DNA from: Amoebidium appalachense
Lineage: Eukaryota > Protista > Ichthyosporea
Assembly (NCBI GenBank): GCA_963693365.1
Contig: CAVNZM010000008.1
Location: 7,016,830 to 7,080,829 of the forward strand
Direction: 5' to 3'
DNA: 64,000 nt
Shown here: one piece after another, positions 13,712-27,589 of the stretch
How the letters are laid out: each line of letters opens with the position of its first letter
Numbering within the stretch: the stretch's first letter is position 1
Program-made: the position numbers and the translations under genes
Notes under the pieces: generated by a model
Database searches by the model: none
What the model was told of the DNA's origin: nothing
The model's input: the letters and a program-made list of their open reading frames with translations, nothing else

Positions 13712-14706
13712 CCTGCCTGCTGCCGCGCAAAAGCAGTTAGCACAGTGCGCATATAGGCATACAGGGAAAGCATCTGAGGGGGGAAGCACACAAGGCGAAC
13801 ACCAGCACGCAGGTCTACAATACACCGGGCATAAACACCCCCTGGTTTGCCGCCTTAAGTACTTGTGTATCGTAAGCCCCTGCGCACCCCTGTGTGCCCC
13901 AACACCCAGCCGGTCACCAGCAAGCACGCACCTTTTAGTTGCTATGCCTGCCCTCTGTGCTGCTGCTCGCTCTCTCTGCCTGGTGGCCTCTTGCCTGCAC
14001 ACAACTTGGATTTTAGGAGACGGTGACTGAAACATCCGCCGCGGCCGGAAGCAGCTGCGAGTGACGATGTGTTGAGAAGTTGTACGCTTTGAGCCAATCA
14101 CAATGCCTACACTCAATCCATATATGGCAGATTCCCCGCCGCCCAGCTGCTTGGCAACCGCTAAGGGCTAAGTATCCACCCGGTTTCCCACCGCCTTGCA
14201 GGGGTGAAGCAGCAAGCCTGGCTGCACAGGACAGGCCCGCTATGTGTGCGAGCTGCACGCACTGTGTTTTGTGCCCCTTGCTGCCTGTGCTCAATTTTCA
14301 TTTCAGAGCCTTGCTGGCCGGCGCTGCTGCCCCGGGCTGCGAGCCTGCGGGTGTGATGATGATTCGATGTAGGCCACATTCCGCAACGGTTGGCGGCCAC
14401 ATTCAAGTGATGGACCGATGGGCGATGAGCCGCCACAGAGCCGCCACCAGTGGCGGCTGTGTTCTCAACCCACCTCAAGCTGAGCCTCACCACCTGACCA
14501 ACCACTATAATATACGAGTAGAATCAAGCACTACCAAACTCGCAAAACCTTTCTGCTCCCCGTCACACTTCCCATCGCCCCTAGTGTTGCCTTAGAAAAA
14601 TAGTAAAACAATACACCAGCTCTTAAAGGACTCGAGGAATATTTCTTGCCAACACACGAACTTATCCACCCCCCAAAGGAGCCAGCAGCATGGGCGGGCA
14701 TTGACC

Positions 14707-15332
14707 ATGGCAGCCACTCTGGATGTGGCCACTGCCCTGCGCTGTGGCAGCCTTTGGGCCAGCCCGCCACGGCCCACACACAGCGGGTAGGTGCCGGCAC
14801 ACGCAGTAGGAACACAAAGCTCTAGTATACGAGTATGACAAGTAAGTGTTGAGCCCGCATAGTGTAGGTAAAGATGCACCCAACACTTGGTAGCTCACTT
14901 GTGTACACACATGCGCGCGTGCGCACAAACCACACGTACACACATCGTGACACATGTACATGTGGACGAGTATTCTGCAAACATCTTTGGAATGCCTGGC
15001 TTTGTGCTGCACGATAATCCTTCCCCCCACCCTCCCCAACCCTCCTCCCCTCCCCCTTAAAAATATAGATAGGAAAGAAAGAAATAATCATTGGAAACAA
15101 ATAAAAGGGGTTCGACAAAGCAAAATAAAACAAAAAATAAACAAAACTAAAATTAGCCTGTTCCTTTGTTCTCTCCCCAGCAAGCTCCTCCGTGTTGTGC
15201 AGACACGCACGCAGGCCAACGGCGCCAGCAGCGTGCCGTTTACGCTCGTGTGCTGCAGCAGTGACGGGGCCTGCACGGTGGCTGTGGACGGCACGGGCCA
15301 GGTCTTCCTGCTGGACGCACACAACAACAGGT

Positions 15333-15388
<56 letters not shown>

Positions 15389-15415
15389 TGTGTGTGTAAA
15401 CGAGCACACTGACAC

Positions 15416-15447
<32 letters not shown>

Positions 15448-15455
15448 AACTCACT

Positions 15456-15505
<50 letters not shown>

Positions 15506-15720
15506 CACAATAATATGCACAGACAGGGCCTCTTTTAGCAAACATGTATGCCTTGTGCACACCTGTGGGCTGACCCCCCCTCCCCCCCCCCCCCCCCCTT
15601 CAGGTGCCAGCTGTTGCAGCGGTTCACCCCCCCACCCACTGCGCTTGCCTTTGGACATAATGGGGAGGTCTACGTGGGCACACAGGACGGTGCACTGGCT
15701 ATCCTCACCCCACGTACGTG

Positions 15721-15770
<50 letters not shown>

Positions 15771-16472
15771 TGCCTGCTGGCTGTGACACATTGGGGGGTG
15801 CAGAACCCGAGGACGATGGGCTGTGGGGTGTTTTGGAGGTCAAGGGGCACACGGGGGCAGTGTGCAGCATCAGTGTGCACCCCACAGCACAGAGCGTGCT
15901 GACCGTGCAGAGGGGGGAGAGGGCCGTGCTGTGGCTGCAGGGCCCTGGGGGGTGGGCCCCAGCACGGTCGCTGGGTAAAAGGGGGGAGGGTGTGCTGCTG
16001 GTGGGTGCCGCTGCACACACACAGGCACACATAGCATGCCACTGCACACACCCAGGCACACATAGCATGCCCCTGCACACACACAGGCACACATAGCATG
16101 CAACCTGGCACACACACAGACACACACACACAGGCACCTGCAGACACAAAATACAGCATGCACGAACTGGGTTACGAGGCAAATGAGCTGGTTGTTATCG
16201 ACACTGCCACCCCCTCTCCCTCACACGCACACTTTCCAACACCAAAGAGTTAGAAGACAAGAGCACTCTTCCGAACACACGGAACACCACGTCCCCACTC
16301 TGCTTCAGGCAGCTCCAAATCAAGTACTGTCATATGCGAATTAGATATCAGCTTTTCTAAAACCAATGTGTTTTTGGACTTATCCGGTATCATCCACATA
16401 CCGATGTATTACTGCTATCCGAATAGTCAAATGCTGCTTTACTTATCCAGCTCGGCGTAAAGATACATTTAC

Positions 16473-16514
<42 letters not shown>

Positions 16515-16591
16515 AAAAAAAAAAAAAACCACCACCACCGCCACCACCCACCCACCCACACACCCACACACACACACCCACACCCACACCC

Positions 16592-16658
<67 letters not shown>

Positions 16659-17563
16659 GCCTGTTTACGCCGTGTGGCAGGCACGTAGTAGTTTGCCTGC
16701 AGGGTGCTGGCCTGCAGGTGTGGGCCTACCCCAACTTCAGCAGCCTCACCCCCCTGCCCAGACCCCGCCTGCCTGCTGGCTCCATCCTTGGCCCCGTGGC
16801 TGTGGCCCACAACGGCTCCATGCTGGTGGCTGGTGCAGGGTACGGGGGGCCTGCGTGCATGTCGGTGTGTGTGTGTACTGGCACGCATATCTCGCGCTGT
16901 GTGTGTGCTTGCTTCACGTAGGGCCCCCTTTCGTAAAAACGGTTTTTTAGAGTTTCCTTATATGATTAATCGGATCATAAATACACCTTGACCGAGTTTT
17001 CTCGTACGACACGTAGGGTCCCCTACGTGTCTCTGTGGGTCTGTATTTGTGTTGCATGCCTCTCTCTCGCTTGTACTTGCATGTATGTGCTGTGTGGGTA
17101 TTTATTTGCATACATGTCCGTGTGTGTGCCCGTGTGTGCGTGTCTCTCTGTGTTTGTATTTGCATGTATGTCTGTGTGCGTGCATGGCATGCACGTTTCT
17201 GTCTGCATATTTGTGCACATCTCTCTCTGTGTGTATTTGCATCTTCATCATGGCCCGAGTGCTGATATCCACCTCTTTGTATTTGTGCTTCTTTGTGCTT
17301 TATTTTCCGAGAGTGCATATGATCTACCTGTGGCTACATGTGCTTGTACATCAACTTGCACACGTGTTTGTGTGCCTTCGTTGGTGCTTTGTATGTCTGT
17401 CTGTGCCCTCCCCCTCACCCCCCCCCCCCAGGACCACGACCCTGTACGTGTATGACCTCGATTCCTGCACCCTCCTTCATGCCCTGCTGCTGCCCCCACG
17501 GGCCCAGGCCCCAGTCAGCCTGGCCTTTGTGCATCCATCCATCCTGGCATGCAAGGACAATCC

Positions 17564-17596
<33 letters not shown>

Positions 17597-18410
17597 TTTG
17601 TATGGTGGTGTGTGCTGACCTTTTTGGTGCAGCTGCTGTCTGTGCTGTGTGGTGACGGGGAGGTGCGGTTCATCAGCGTGCACACCCCATGCACGGTCTG
17701 TGCCCTGGGCGGCAGCCAGCTGGTAGGCCCCTGCCTATGGCCTAGCTGCCACAAGCATTACCCCCCCGTGCTCCTATTGCCACCCACTACCTTCGTTCTG
17801 TGCACCCTATTGCCACCCACTACCTTCGTTCTGTGCACCCTATTGCCACCCACTACCTTCGTTCTGTGCACCCTATTGCCACCCACTACCTTCGTTCTGT
17901 GCACCCTATTGCCACCCACTACCTTCGTTCTGTGCACCCTATTGCCACCCACTACCTTCGTTCTGGGCACCCTATTGCCACCCACTACCCCCCTTTGTGT
18001 CACTCATATCACCCACTATTCTGACACCACCCACACATGCGCTGACACCACCCACACATGCGCAGGGGCTGCGTGCTGTTGCTCTGAGTGCACACAGTAG
18101 CCGTGCAGCCTGCATCACTGTGGGGGGGGACCTGTGGCTGTACGACCTGAGGCCCCTGCTGCTAAGGGCACAGGTCTGTGGAAAGGCGGGGGGGGGGGGG
18201 GGGGGGATGGACACGACTGTTATGGGCCTACCTGCCTGTTATGGGCATGTGGCCACTGCAATTGATGGTGCAGGTGGGAGCCATTACCATATATGGATAG
18301 CAGAGTGTGGGGGACTAGTGGGGCTGATAGGGGATGCAGGTTGCAGGGCCCATGGAGGAGGATGTGGGGGGCAGTGTGGTGGATGACCTGCACATACGGG
18401 ACATGCAGGT

Positions 18411-18461
<51 letters not shown>

Positions 18462-21400
18462 AGGGCAGTGACATGGTGCAGGAGGCGCAAGGGCTGGGCA
18501 GGGACCAGCTGGCTGGGCTGCTGCAGACGTACGGTGCATTCCCAGCACGTTACAGGTGGGGGCACGTGGGGGGGGGGGGGGGAGGGGGGTGCACGTCTTT
18601 CATTGTGCTTGGGCCACTCATGTGTGGCTACACATAGGCATGCCAAATCCAATACATCTACACCCTGCATATGCCTTTGTACGTGCGCACATACCACTGC
18701 CAGGCTTTTTGTTTCTGTGTTCTCTGTTTGTGTGTGCATATCTTCTGTATGTGCGTGGCATGTGAGGCTGTGTGTTCATGGGCCTACGCTCACACTGTGC
18801 CCAGGGCTGTGATCTGGCAGATGCTGCTGCAGGTGCCCGGCAACACACAGGCACACAGCGCCCTGCTGGACAGGGGCACACACACGTACGTTGGCACTGG
18901 GGAGGGGGGGGATACAGGGTGAGTGCTGAGGTGTGGGTGCAGGGCCTACAGTGACCTGGATAGGCGCTATCCAATCAGGGACAGGCAGAGGGTTGACAGG
19001 CTCAAGAGGTATGTGCCAGCAGCCAATCAGGGAGGGGATTGCAGGGTGCAGCAGGCGGGCTGTGCTTGAGTGGTGCCTACAGAGACGCATATGACATACT
19101 AGTCCCCCTACCATGTATCGTGCATAGCCCACTTATCCCCCCGCCCTTATATCGTGCATAGCCCACGTATCCTCCCGCCCTTATATCGTGCATAGCCCAC
19201 TTATCCCCCTGCCTTTATATCGTGCATAGCCCACTTATCCCCCTGCCCTTATATCGTGCATAGCCCATGTTTTATGCCCCTTCCCTATATCTTGGATAGC
19301 CCACTTATCCCCCTGATCTTACACCTCATACAGCCCACTTATCCCCCTGATCTTACATCTCATATAGCCCACTTATCCCCCTGATCTTACATCTCATATA
19401 GCCCACTTATCCCCCTGATCTTACATCTCATATAGCCCACTTATCCCCTGATCTTACATCTCATATTGCCCACTTATCCCCCTGATCTTACATCTCATAT
19501 GGCCCACTTATCCCTTTGATCTTACATCTCATATCGCCCGCTTATCCCCCTGATCTTACATCTCATATAGCCCACTTATCCCCCTGATCTTACATCTCAT
19601 ATTGCCCACTTATCCCCCTGATCTTACATCTCATATAGCCCATTTATCCCCCTGATCTTAAATCTCATATTGCCCACTTATCCCTATACCTCACATGGCC
19701 CATCCCTTCAGCCTGCTATCCAGCCTGGCACACTGGCATCCAGGGCTTGCGCTGTGCAGCTGGCTACCCCGTCTGGTGTATCCCTTCACTGGCCTGCTGG
19801 CTAGAAACGACCTGGCCCTGTATGAGTGTGTGGCCACCGTGCTGGGTAGGTGACGGTATGCACTGGCTGGTGGCACTGCCTGGTTTGCTGAACTGCACAC
19901 ACAGGCACACACCATGGCACTACAGCACTAGACACACACCAGATTAGCCTCTGCACGCATATCCTCCGCTCCTCCCCAATTCATTTAGCCGCATAGAGTA
20001 TGCCCATTAAACCAACCTCCGTATCTACCATTTTAGCGCCTGGGCGGTGAGCCACACTTGTGATGTCACTCTGGGCCTCTTTTTCACACAGTTTTTTAAG
20101 GTGCCCAGAAAATGGCGTGAAAATAGCCAGGGTAAGGGCAGGCTAGTTGGCTATAGACATAGGCCAGTTTCGATGCATTGACGCAAATTGATAACACCTG
20201 CTGATTGGTCAGAGCCATTTGAGAACTGTGGCTCGTGGGTGCTCGTCGCCCAGACACTGAAATGGTAGATACGGACGGTGGTTGAAGGCCTTGTGAGTAT
20301 TGGTGCATGGAGATAGGGACATGGTTGCCCACACATGGAGTCCCACCTCCTCTTTTCTATCCCCCCACCCATGACCCTGCACTAACCCCGAGCCGATCGC
20401 CCGGAAGCCAAAATCGACAAGATTTGAAAAATAGAAAAAAATCATTAGAAGCGGTTTTAGTGAATAAAAATGCAAAAAACACATGTATATGTCTTTGTTT
20501 GTGTGCCATTAAAAAAAAAACGGCCTTTTCTATGCATCCACACGTGTTATGAACACGTGATTCGTGTTGATTTTGCTGACCGCGACGGGGTTCCTTTGTA
20601 ATATGAATCCGCGTAAAAGTCTTAGCAAATCAGATTGGAGCACTTATCAGCCGATCGATTCCAGGGTTGGAATTTGTGGATCCCGGGCATCCTCGTGCCG
20701 CCAGCCTTCGAAAATTTGGGGGCCGCTCGATGATAATATAGACATAGTTTGACAAAACACCCATGAGAAACAGAAAAACATAGTCGACCCCGGTGTTCTT
20801 GGAGTCTTGCGAAAGTTGAAAACATATACCGAATTAGGCAAAAATTCCTGGCGTCTTGACTATCGCGCAACAGACGCTATGAATTTCAAAGGTCACTGAT
20901 GCATTTATTTTTTTGAAACTAATGCAAAAGTGCATCGGCGATCGGCTCAGGGTTAACCACCACCCCCAGGCAACTGGTGCCGTGACTGGCTGGTGGCTGG
21001 GCAGGCACCCACAGGGCCAGTCAGGCGCATGCAGCAGCTAGTGCAGGCCCACGACCACGTGCTCACTGCACACATGGAGGCTTGCTGCGTGGGCCCTGAG
21101 GTACGTGTGGGCCCCTGTCTGCCTTTCATCCCCTGGAGAGGGCTTGTTTGGGGTGAGTCTGAGGGTATTGGGGGGGGGGGGGGGGGGAGGGGGGGAGGAA
21201 GTGTGTCTAACACTATGTGGATCAAAAGGGCAGTCACAGTAGAGAAACGATTGGCACAGATGGTAGGGGTGTGAGTGAGGCGTGTGTTGTGTTTGTGAGG
21301 TAGCAGGGAGCATGGCACAGAGAGGTGCACACAGGGGACCGACACACTGCGCCTGCAGGTGTATGCTTGGCCCCTGCTGGGCTGCGGCATGGCCGATGTG

Positions 21401-21522
21401 CTGAGGGCCGAGGACTGGCTGGCACTGTGGGACCACGTGGTGTGTGGGTGTGTGTGTGTGTGTGCATGTGTGCGTGTGGGACTACATGGTATGGACCCTG
21501 TGTGCGTGTTGGGGGAGCCAAG

Positions 21523-21553
<31 letters not shown>

Positions 21554-22673
21554 TGGATAGATCTAGTGGTGGGTGGCTAGGAGTGTGTCTGTGGTTGGGT
21601 GCATGAACTCGGTGTGGGGTCGATGGAATGTTGTGTGTATGTGTGCACGTATGTTCCAAGGTGCAGTGCATGTGTACCTGGGTGGGCTCTGGGGGACCAA
21701 GGGGACCTGGCATGTGCACGTGCACGCTGTGGGTGCCGGGATGTGCCTCTGCTGACTGTGTGGGCAGCTGTGCCGGGCACCCTCATACCTGGAGGCCTGT
21801 GTGGTGGCCTATGTGCTGCTGCTCAGAGCAAAGCTGCTGCAGTGTGCTGGAACACAGGACGTGAAGGTGCAGTGCAAGGCCCTGTATGGGTTAATGTATT
21901 GGGATGTGCGGGTACTGTGCATGGTACGGCCTATCTCACGGTGGGATGTGAGGTGCAATGTGCCCATAGCTCCTCTAGGTGTGTATGTGCGTGCGTGTGT
22001 GTGTGCGCGCGCGCGCGCGCGTGTGTGTGTGTTTAGTAGGGCTATGTGCCCTGTGCCCTTACTGGTACATGGCTAGCAGGCGCTGTACTTGAGTGAGCCC
22101 AGTGTGGACCTGAGGCAGCTACTGGCCATGGCCGATCAGATGATTGGGGCAGACAGCCAGCAGCTGGTGCCACTCAATAGGGTAGGTGCCATGCTGGGCC
22201 ACATGCCCGCGTGCATATGTTGACGCATGCATGGGCCTGAGTGTGCCTGCACACTCAGACAGCCAACAGACACAATGCCTGCACACACGAACACGCATGC
22301 ACACGGCCGGTTTAACCCGACACATGCACGTGCTCTTGCATTTTATCACCCCAGATACCAGTGGTGTGCACGTGCGCATCTACATGACCTACATGTACGT
22401 CTAGGGGTCTAGGTATTCCATACATGTGTCCTGTGTACATCTACATGACCTACATGTACGTCTAGGGGTCTAGGTATTCCATACATGTGTCCTGTCTACA
22501 TCTACATATGCTACACATACATATCGATGCACTAGTCGTACCGTTACTTCATTTACTATGAAGCTCCCTACTCCAGCCCCCCCCCCCCCCCCCCCCCCCC
22601 CCCCCCTGGAACCCACCCAGGGAAAATGCTGTGGTGTCTCCTTCTGCTGGATAGCCATTGGCCAATGACCCCA

Positions 22674-22730
<57 letters not shown>

Positions 22731-23077
22731 GGCCCACATATGTGGTGCCGTTTGAGACTGACCTTGCAGAGCAGCTGAGCAGGGCCCAGCAAAGGGCAAG
22801 GGCAGGCAGGTGGGTGAGTAGGTGGGTGGGTGGGTGGGTGGGCTGCTGGCAGGGCAGGCACTGATGGTGGGAGGCAGGGGGCACACAGAGGAGACCACAC
22901 CAAATGAGCAGGTGGGTGGCTGATGTGCTGCAGTGGTGGTGGGTGCTTGCTTGGATGAGGAAGAGGCAGGTGGAATGGAAGAGAGATATATATGAGGGGG
23001 GGGAGGGGGCCTGCTACTCTGCCTGTTGTGAAGGAAGGTGGAGGAACTGTTGGTGGTTTGCGTGCGCGCGCGTCCGT

Positions 23078-23161
<84 letters not shown>

Positions 23162-23319
23162 TGCAGCCAGCACTAACTCCCAGTGCTACAGGCCACGTAG
23201 GCACCGACACAGGATTGCTGTGGCAGCCGCAGGCAGAGAATAGTCCATGCCCACATGTCGAAGAGGGGGGTGCATGGGCAGGCACATATGCTGTGTCTGA
23301 AGGTGTAAAATTAATGTGA
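14707..23319 (+). CDS. TBC1D31: WD40 plus Rab-GAP TBC domain protein, TBC1D31/WDR67-like (~19 exons; last exons uncertain)
   Basis: WD40 exons (KGHTGAVCSISVHP, GLFTPCGRHVVV..QVW, TLYVYDL) are followed by LLQTYGAFPARYRAVIWQMLLQVPGN..ALLDRGTH, SLAHWHP..WLPRLVYPF, GNWCRDW and YAWPLL..DVLRAEDWLALWDHV, which match recalled TBC1D31 motifs. Phases are consistent. Confidence 0.88.
16921..17023. mobile_element. ~100-bp MITE-like insertion in a TBC1D31 intron
   Basis: AT-rich island bounded by cgta|gggccccc and gggtcccc|tacg (imperfect inverted ends, possible TA TSD). Its right end is the hairpin acacgtaggg-tc-ccctacgtgt. Confidence 0.45.
17773..17990 (+). repeat. Intronic minisatellite, ~6.5 x 33 bp
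   Basis: Unit ctattgccacccactaccttcgttctgtgcacc. Confidence 0.95.
19115..19700 (+). repeat. Intronic minisatellite, ~17 x 34 bp, abutting a 3' splice site
   Basis: Unit atagcccacttatccccctgatcttacatctcat. A variant unit dominates the left part. The array ends just before cccttcag|CCTGCTATCC (~19711). Confidence 0.95.
20386..20952. mobile_element. piggyBac-like non-autonomous element (567 bp) in a TBC1D31 intron
   Basis: TIRs ccccgagccgatcgcc and ggcgatcggctcaggg (15/16 match), flanked by CTAA on the left and TTAA on the right. AT-rich interior with no transposase. Confidence 0.8.
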
Positions 23320-23672
23320 CACTGTGCTTGTGTGCATGCACACACTGACATGTAGGAATGACATATGAATGCACCAGCTCACTGGCGTTGTGTTTTTATT
23401 AGATAGTTATTGCTGGCCACACCACATCATGTACGTGGCATGTATGAATGCACCTACTAGTAAACAGATGATCATAGGGTTTCAGCATGAGGACTGGTGT
23501 GTCACTGCCTGGGCTGTAGCGTCCACCCGGAACTGTCTGCAGGGATCCAGGAAATATTCGGGGTTAATTAATTAATATGACAGTAAAAGGCATGCCTATG
23601 GCCCACATGCAGCCATAAACCAATATTCGCCTGCTTCTTTTGGCTTTTCTATTTTCCCTTTTTGCGGGGACG

Positions 23673-23704
<32 letters not shown>

Positions 23705-24706
23705 GCGGGGGGGGGGCGGCCAAAGGACGATTTTAATTGGCTGGCATGCACTTCCGTCGGCGAAACACGTGCGGATCCAGATCTAGAGTCCTGTCATATT
23801 CTCTGAGTTTTACCATGATTACGTGATGAACAGGTTATCAGTGATGCACATAGATAGCAAAGCCCGTATGAGTGTTGTGTGGATGGTTGAGTGCGTGGGT
23901 GGATATAGGTGCATGGATGTCACGGTTGTGCTGATGGTGTACACGTGTGTCGAATGGTGGCCATGGGTGGGTGAACATGTGTCAGTGGTGGTGGTGGTGG
24001 CCGCCTCCACTCCATATGCATGCCCACGTGCACGCACCTTGTTCTTATACTTGTGTACATGTACGGCAGTCCGGATCTGCCTGCCTGTGCCGTGGTGACA
24101 TGCCACCATGGTCACTAGTAACGGTCAATGGCACGTAGAAAAAGCAGCATGCAGACCTCTAGCCACGGCATGTCGGTACGGTGGTCGCACATGCACCATG
24201 ATCATGCAAGGCCTCGTTGCATCTAATAAGCCTTGCATTAGGTTACACCATCACGGGCACATGCGCACACCGCCAGAGAACCTGCGGCCAGTTGCAGCCA
24301 CCTATGGCACTCAGCCACCCCCCAACATGCACCACACATTGTGGCACGTTAAATTGGTGTAGATGTGCAGACAGACTGAGTACCTGTGCATGCAGCGTGG
24401 CCCTCGCCGACACTTGCAGGTAGCTCCCATGTGTGCAACCAGTGAGATATTGCCATGACTAGTGACTTAGTTTAAAGTAAAAAATGCTGCAGCTGGCTGC
24501 AGGTTTATTTGTGCAGCTCACGGCCGCATATATTTGCCCGGCTCCCGGCCTGGCCCCACCCCAAAAAGGCATCCTGATAGATGCACGTGGTTCACAAATA
24601 CGTAATCTCACACGAAATAATCTTGAACAAAAAAGTAGGGTAACCCTGGCGGTATGTTTTCCCACCGCACTAAGCTATAAGTGCCCCCCCCTGATAAGTA
24701 CCCCAC

Positions 24707-24962
24707 CTAGCGGCACATGGGGCTGGCCAGGATTGCACTGCGCAGGGCTGCGGGGCTGAAGCCATCGTTGCACATGTGGGCCAATACACGTGTGTGGGCT
24801 ATGTGGTGGTCATCGATCACGTGGCACTGGTGGTGGAAGGCTAGGATGGCCTCATGCAGACACTCATGGTCCTGCACACGGGTGATGGGGGCCTCGTACT
24901 GCTTGCTCCTGTGGGTATGTGTGAGTGGCCTGATAGGCGAGACAGTAACACTTGAACACACA

Positions 24963-25016
<54 letters not shown>

Positions 25017-25387
25017 CCAGCCTCGGTCGGAGATGGAGGCTGGGTCTTAGGAGATAGAGGGGTTGTGGGGGGGAAAGGACTGAGCTGTTTTTGCGTTTAA
25101 AAAAGATCCACTATCCAATCAGTGTTTTTGGCGGCAAATTTCAAATTTTCTAACGGACACTTTGTGACGCCAGTAGTCCCAGTACACGAGATTGCGATCT
25201 AAGAAGCCGCTCGAAGATACCAGATGGCTCTAGCTTGCGCGGAGACGCATCAGCTCATGACGCCAGCAACCTCGGGGCGAGCGAAGCGAGCCCCGCCAAG
25301 GCGAGCGCCAGGGCGAGCGATAGCGAGCCCTGGCAGCGAGTCTAGCCGACCGAGGCTGGGCGATAGTGATATGGCGTAGCCATTGAG

Positions 25388-25438
<51 letters not shown>

Positions 25439-27526
25439 GGGGGGGGGGGGGGGGGGGTTGAGCAACCAAAACAAAACGGAACAGTCAACCTAGAGCGCAT
25501 AGCTGTAACAATAGTATGTCTGTCCCTGTGTGTGATTGATTTCTTTCTAGTTTATGCGGTGCCTGTGTGTGCCTTTACGTGCACGCATGTGTGTGGGGTC
25601 AAGAACCAGGCAACATTATGATAGTACAGCAGGCAGAAGCACTTGAGATGAGGGAACACGGAGAGGCAAAAGTGGTAACATATGTTCATGTCCTTTTCTC
25701 GTCTCCCCTCCTCCTCCCCCCCCCCCCCCCCCCCCCCGGGGCCCTTCCCCTCCTTCTACTCCCTCTCTCTTTCCTCGAACCCAGTTCTGAACAATTCAGA
25801 ATGGTGCGTTGGTCTGGATAGTGTGTGCAGATGGGTGCGGGGGGCTGCACCCTGTGTGTGTGTGTGTGCGTGTGCATTGCGGGAGGGGGGGGGGGGGGTT
25901 TGACTCCATACCGTGGGCCAGCCACCAGGTAAGCCACTGTGTCGAATCTATCCTTGGCCATCTGCTTGGCCCTGATCTCTTCCTCCAATGCATCCACAGC
26001 GCCCTCGGCATTCTCCCTCAGCATCATGGTCAGCGCATACTGCGTCACATCCCTGCTGCTGACCGTGTCCCCCCTGCCCATGGCCACCCTCATGCTGGCT
26101 GCCTGGTTGCTGAACTTCTGCCCGTACGCAAGGAACTCTTCCAGGCGTGCCTTCTTGGCCAGCTCTATGTCCCCGTACTGCTGCGGTTGGCTCCACTGCC
26201 CGGTCTTCTCTGCTACGTCCTGGGGGGCAGGTGTGAGTGGGTGGTGCAACGAGCGGGGTGGCACAAAGGCACCGTGGGGTGGGGTGGGTGGGCCAAAGTG
26301 CTCGTGCAATGCATGGCTGGATCAGGGCCAATCACCGGCTACATGGCCCCTTTGCACCAGGCTATCATCCCCGTGGTTGGCACGTGCCCAGAGCATTCCA
26401 CACATACAAGCACATGCATGCCTGGCATTCCACACATACCAAGCGCATGCATGCCTGGCATTCCACACATATCAAGCGCATGCATGCCTGGCATTCCACA
26501 CATACCAGGTACTGGTCCTCCAGGGTGCGTTGGCTGGTGGGGTCCTGGGAGGCAAAGTGGGCATCGGCATCCTCCATCCAGTTGACGCTGTAGACGTCCC
26601 CAAGGAACGTGTGCCGCTGCAGCCCCAGTCAGCATGCAGGAGGGGGGGGGGGGGGGGGGGGGGGGTATCTGGCATGGTGCAGAGGTCTGTGGGGAGGAAG
26701 GGGGCTAGGGACTAGTCTAGGTATGTGTGTTGAGGGGAGATTGGGGAGAGGGGTGGCGGAGGTGGAAAAGGGGGGGGGGCGGGAACATGCTCGAATTCTT
26801 TGGAATATAGTGAACACGTATCCCTCCATTCCGGATAAATTGAACACTGGGAATCTGCCAGTGTACCACGAGGCGGGAGTGCACGTGTTCTTCGAGAAAC
26901 AAACACAGGGGCCACGACAAGGGGTGTGCACGCAGTACCTGGTTGTCGAAGTATGTGGCGTAAGATGATTGGTTGGCCGTTGCTGCCGTGGTGGCAAAGA
27001 TGGACCAATTGGACGGCAGCAGGCCCTCAAACATGGATCCGCCCTCGCAGGCCTCCATGTAGAACACTAGCTCTCCGTAGCGCCTGGTGGCGTGCTGGGG
27101 GGGGGGGGGGGGGGGGGGAGGGGGGAGGTATTAATCCCCAAACCTACAGCCTCAAGACCCAAGCACACTTGTCATGCACCATGGTGAACCACACCCACTC
27201 CCCTTCTCCCCTCCAACCCCCCCTCCCCCACCAGCCGCTGGGGAACACCAAACAAGAAAAAGGCTCCCATAAGTTCCTTGCAACAATCCATTCTATAATA
27301 ACCCCCCCCCCCCCCACACACACACACACACCGCCACACACACAGGCGCACGCACCATCTTAGTGAGGGTGTCCATGAGCTGGCGGGAGGTCATCAGCTG
27401 TGCGCCGGGAAAGGCAATGATGCCGACCCCCCCCGTGGTCGACAAAGTTGACAAACACGTGGTCCTTGGGCCCGGACTTGAGCGTGGCCCCACTGCCGGC
27501 ATTGGTGGGCTGGCCCAGCAGCACCT

Positions 27527-27589
<63 letters not shown>

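Noticed and set aside
16658-16717. Possible GC-AG intron in TBC1D31
   Set aside because: The region reads through as WD40 sequence GLFTPCGRHVVVCLQGAGLQVW, so no non-canonical intron is needed.
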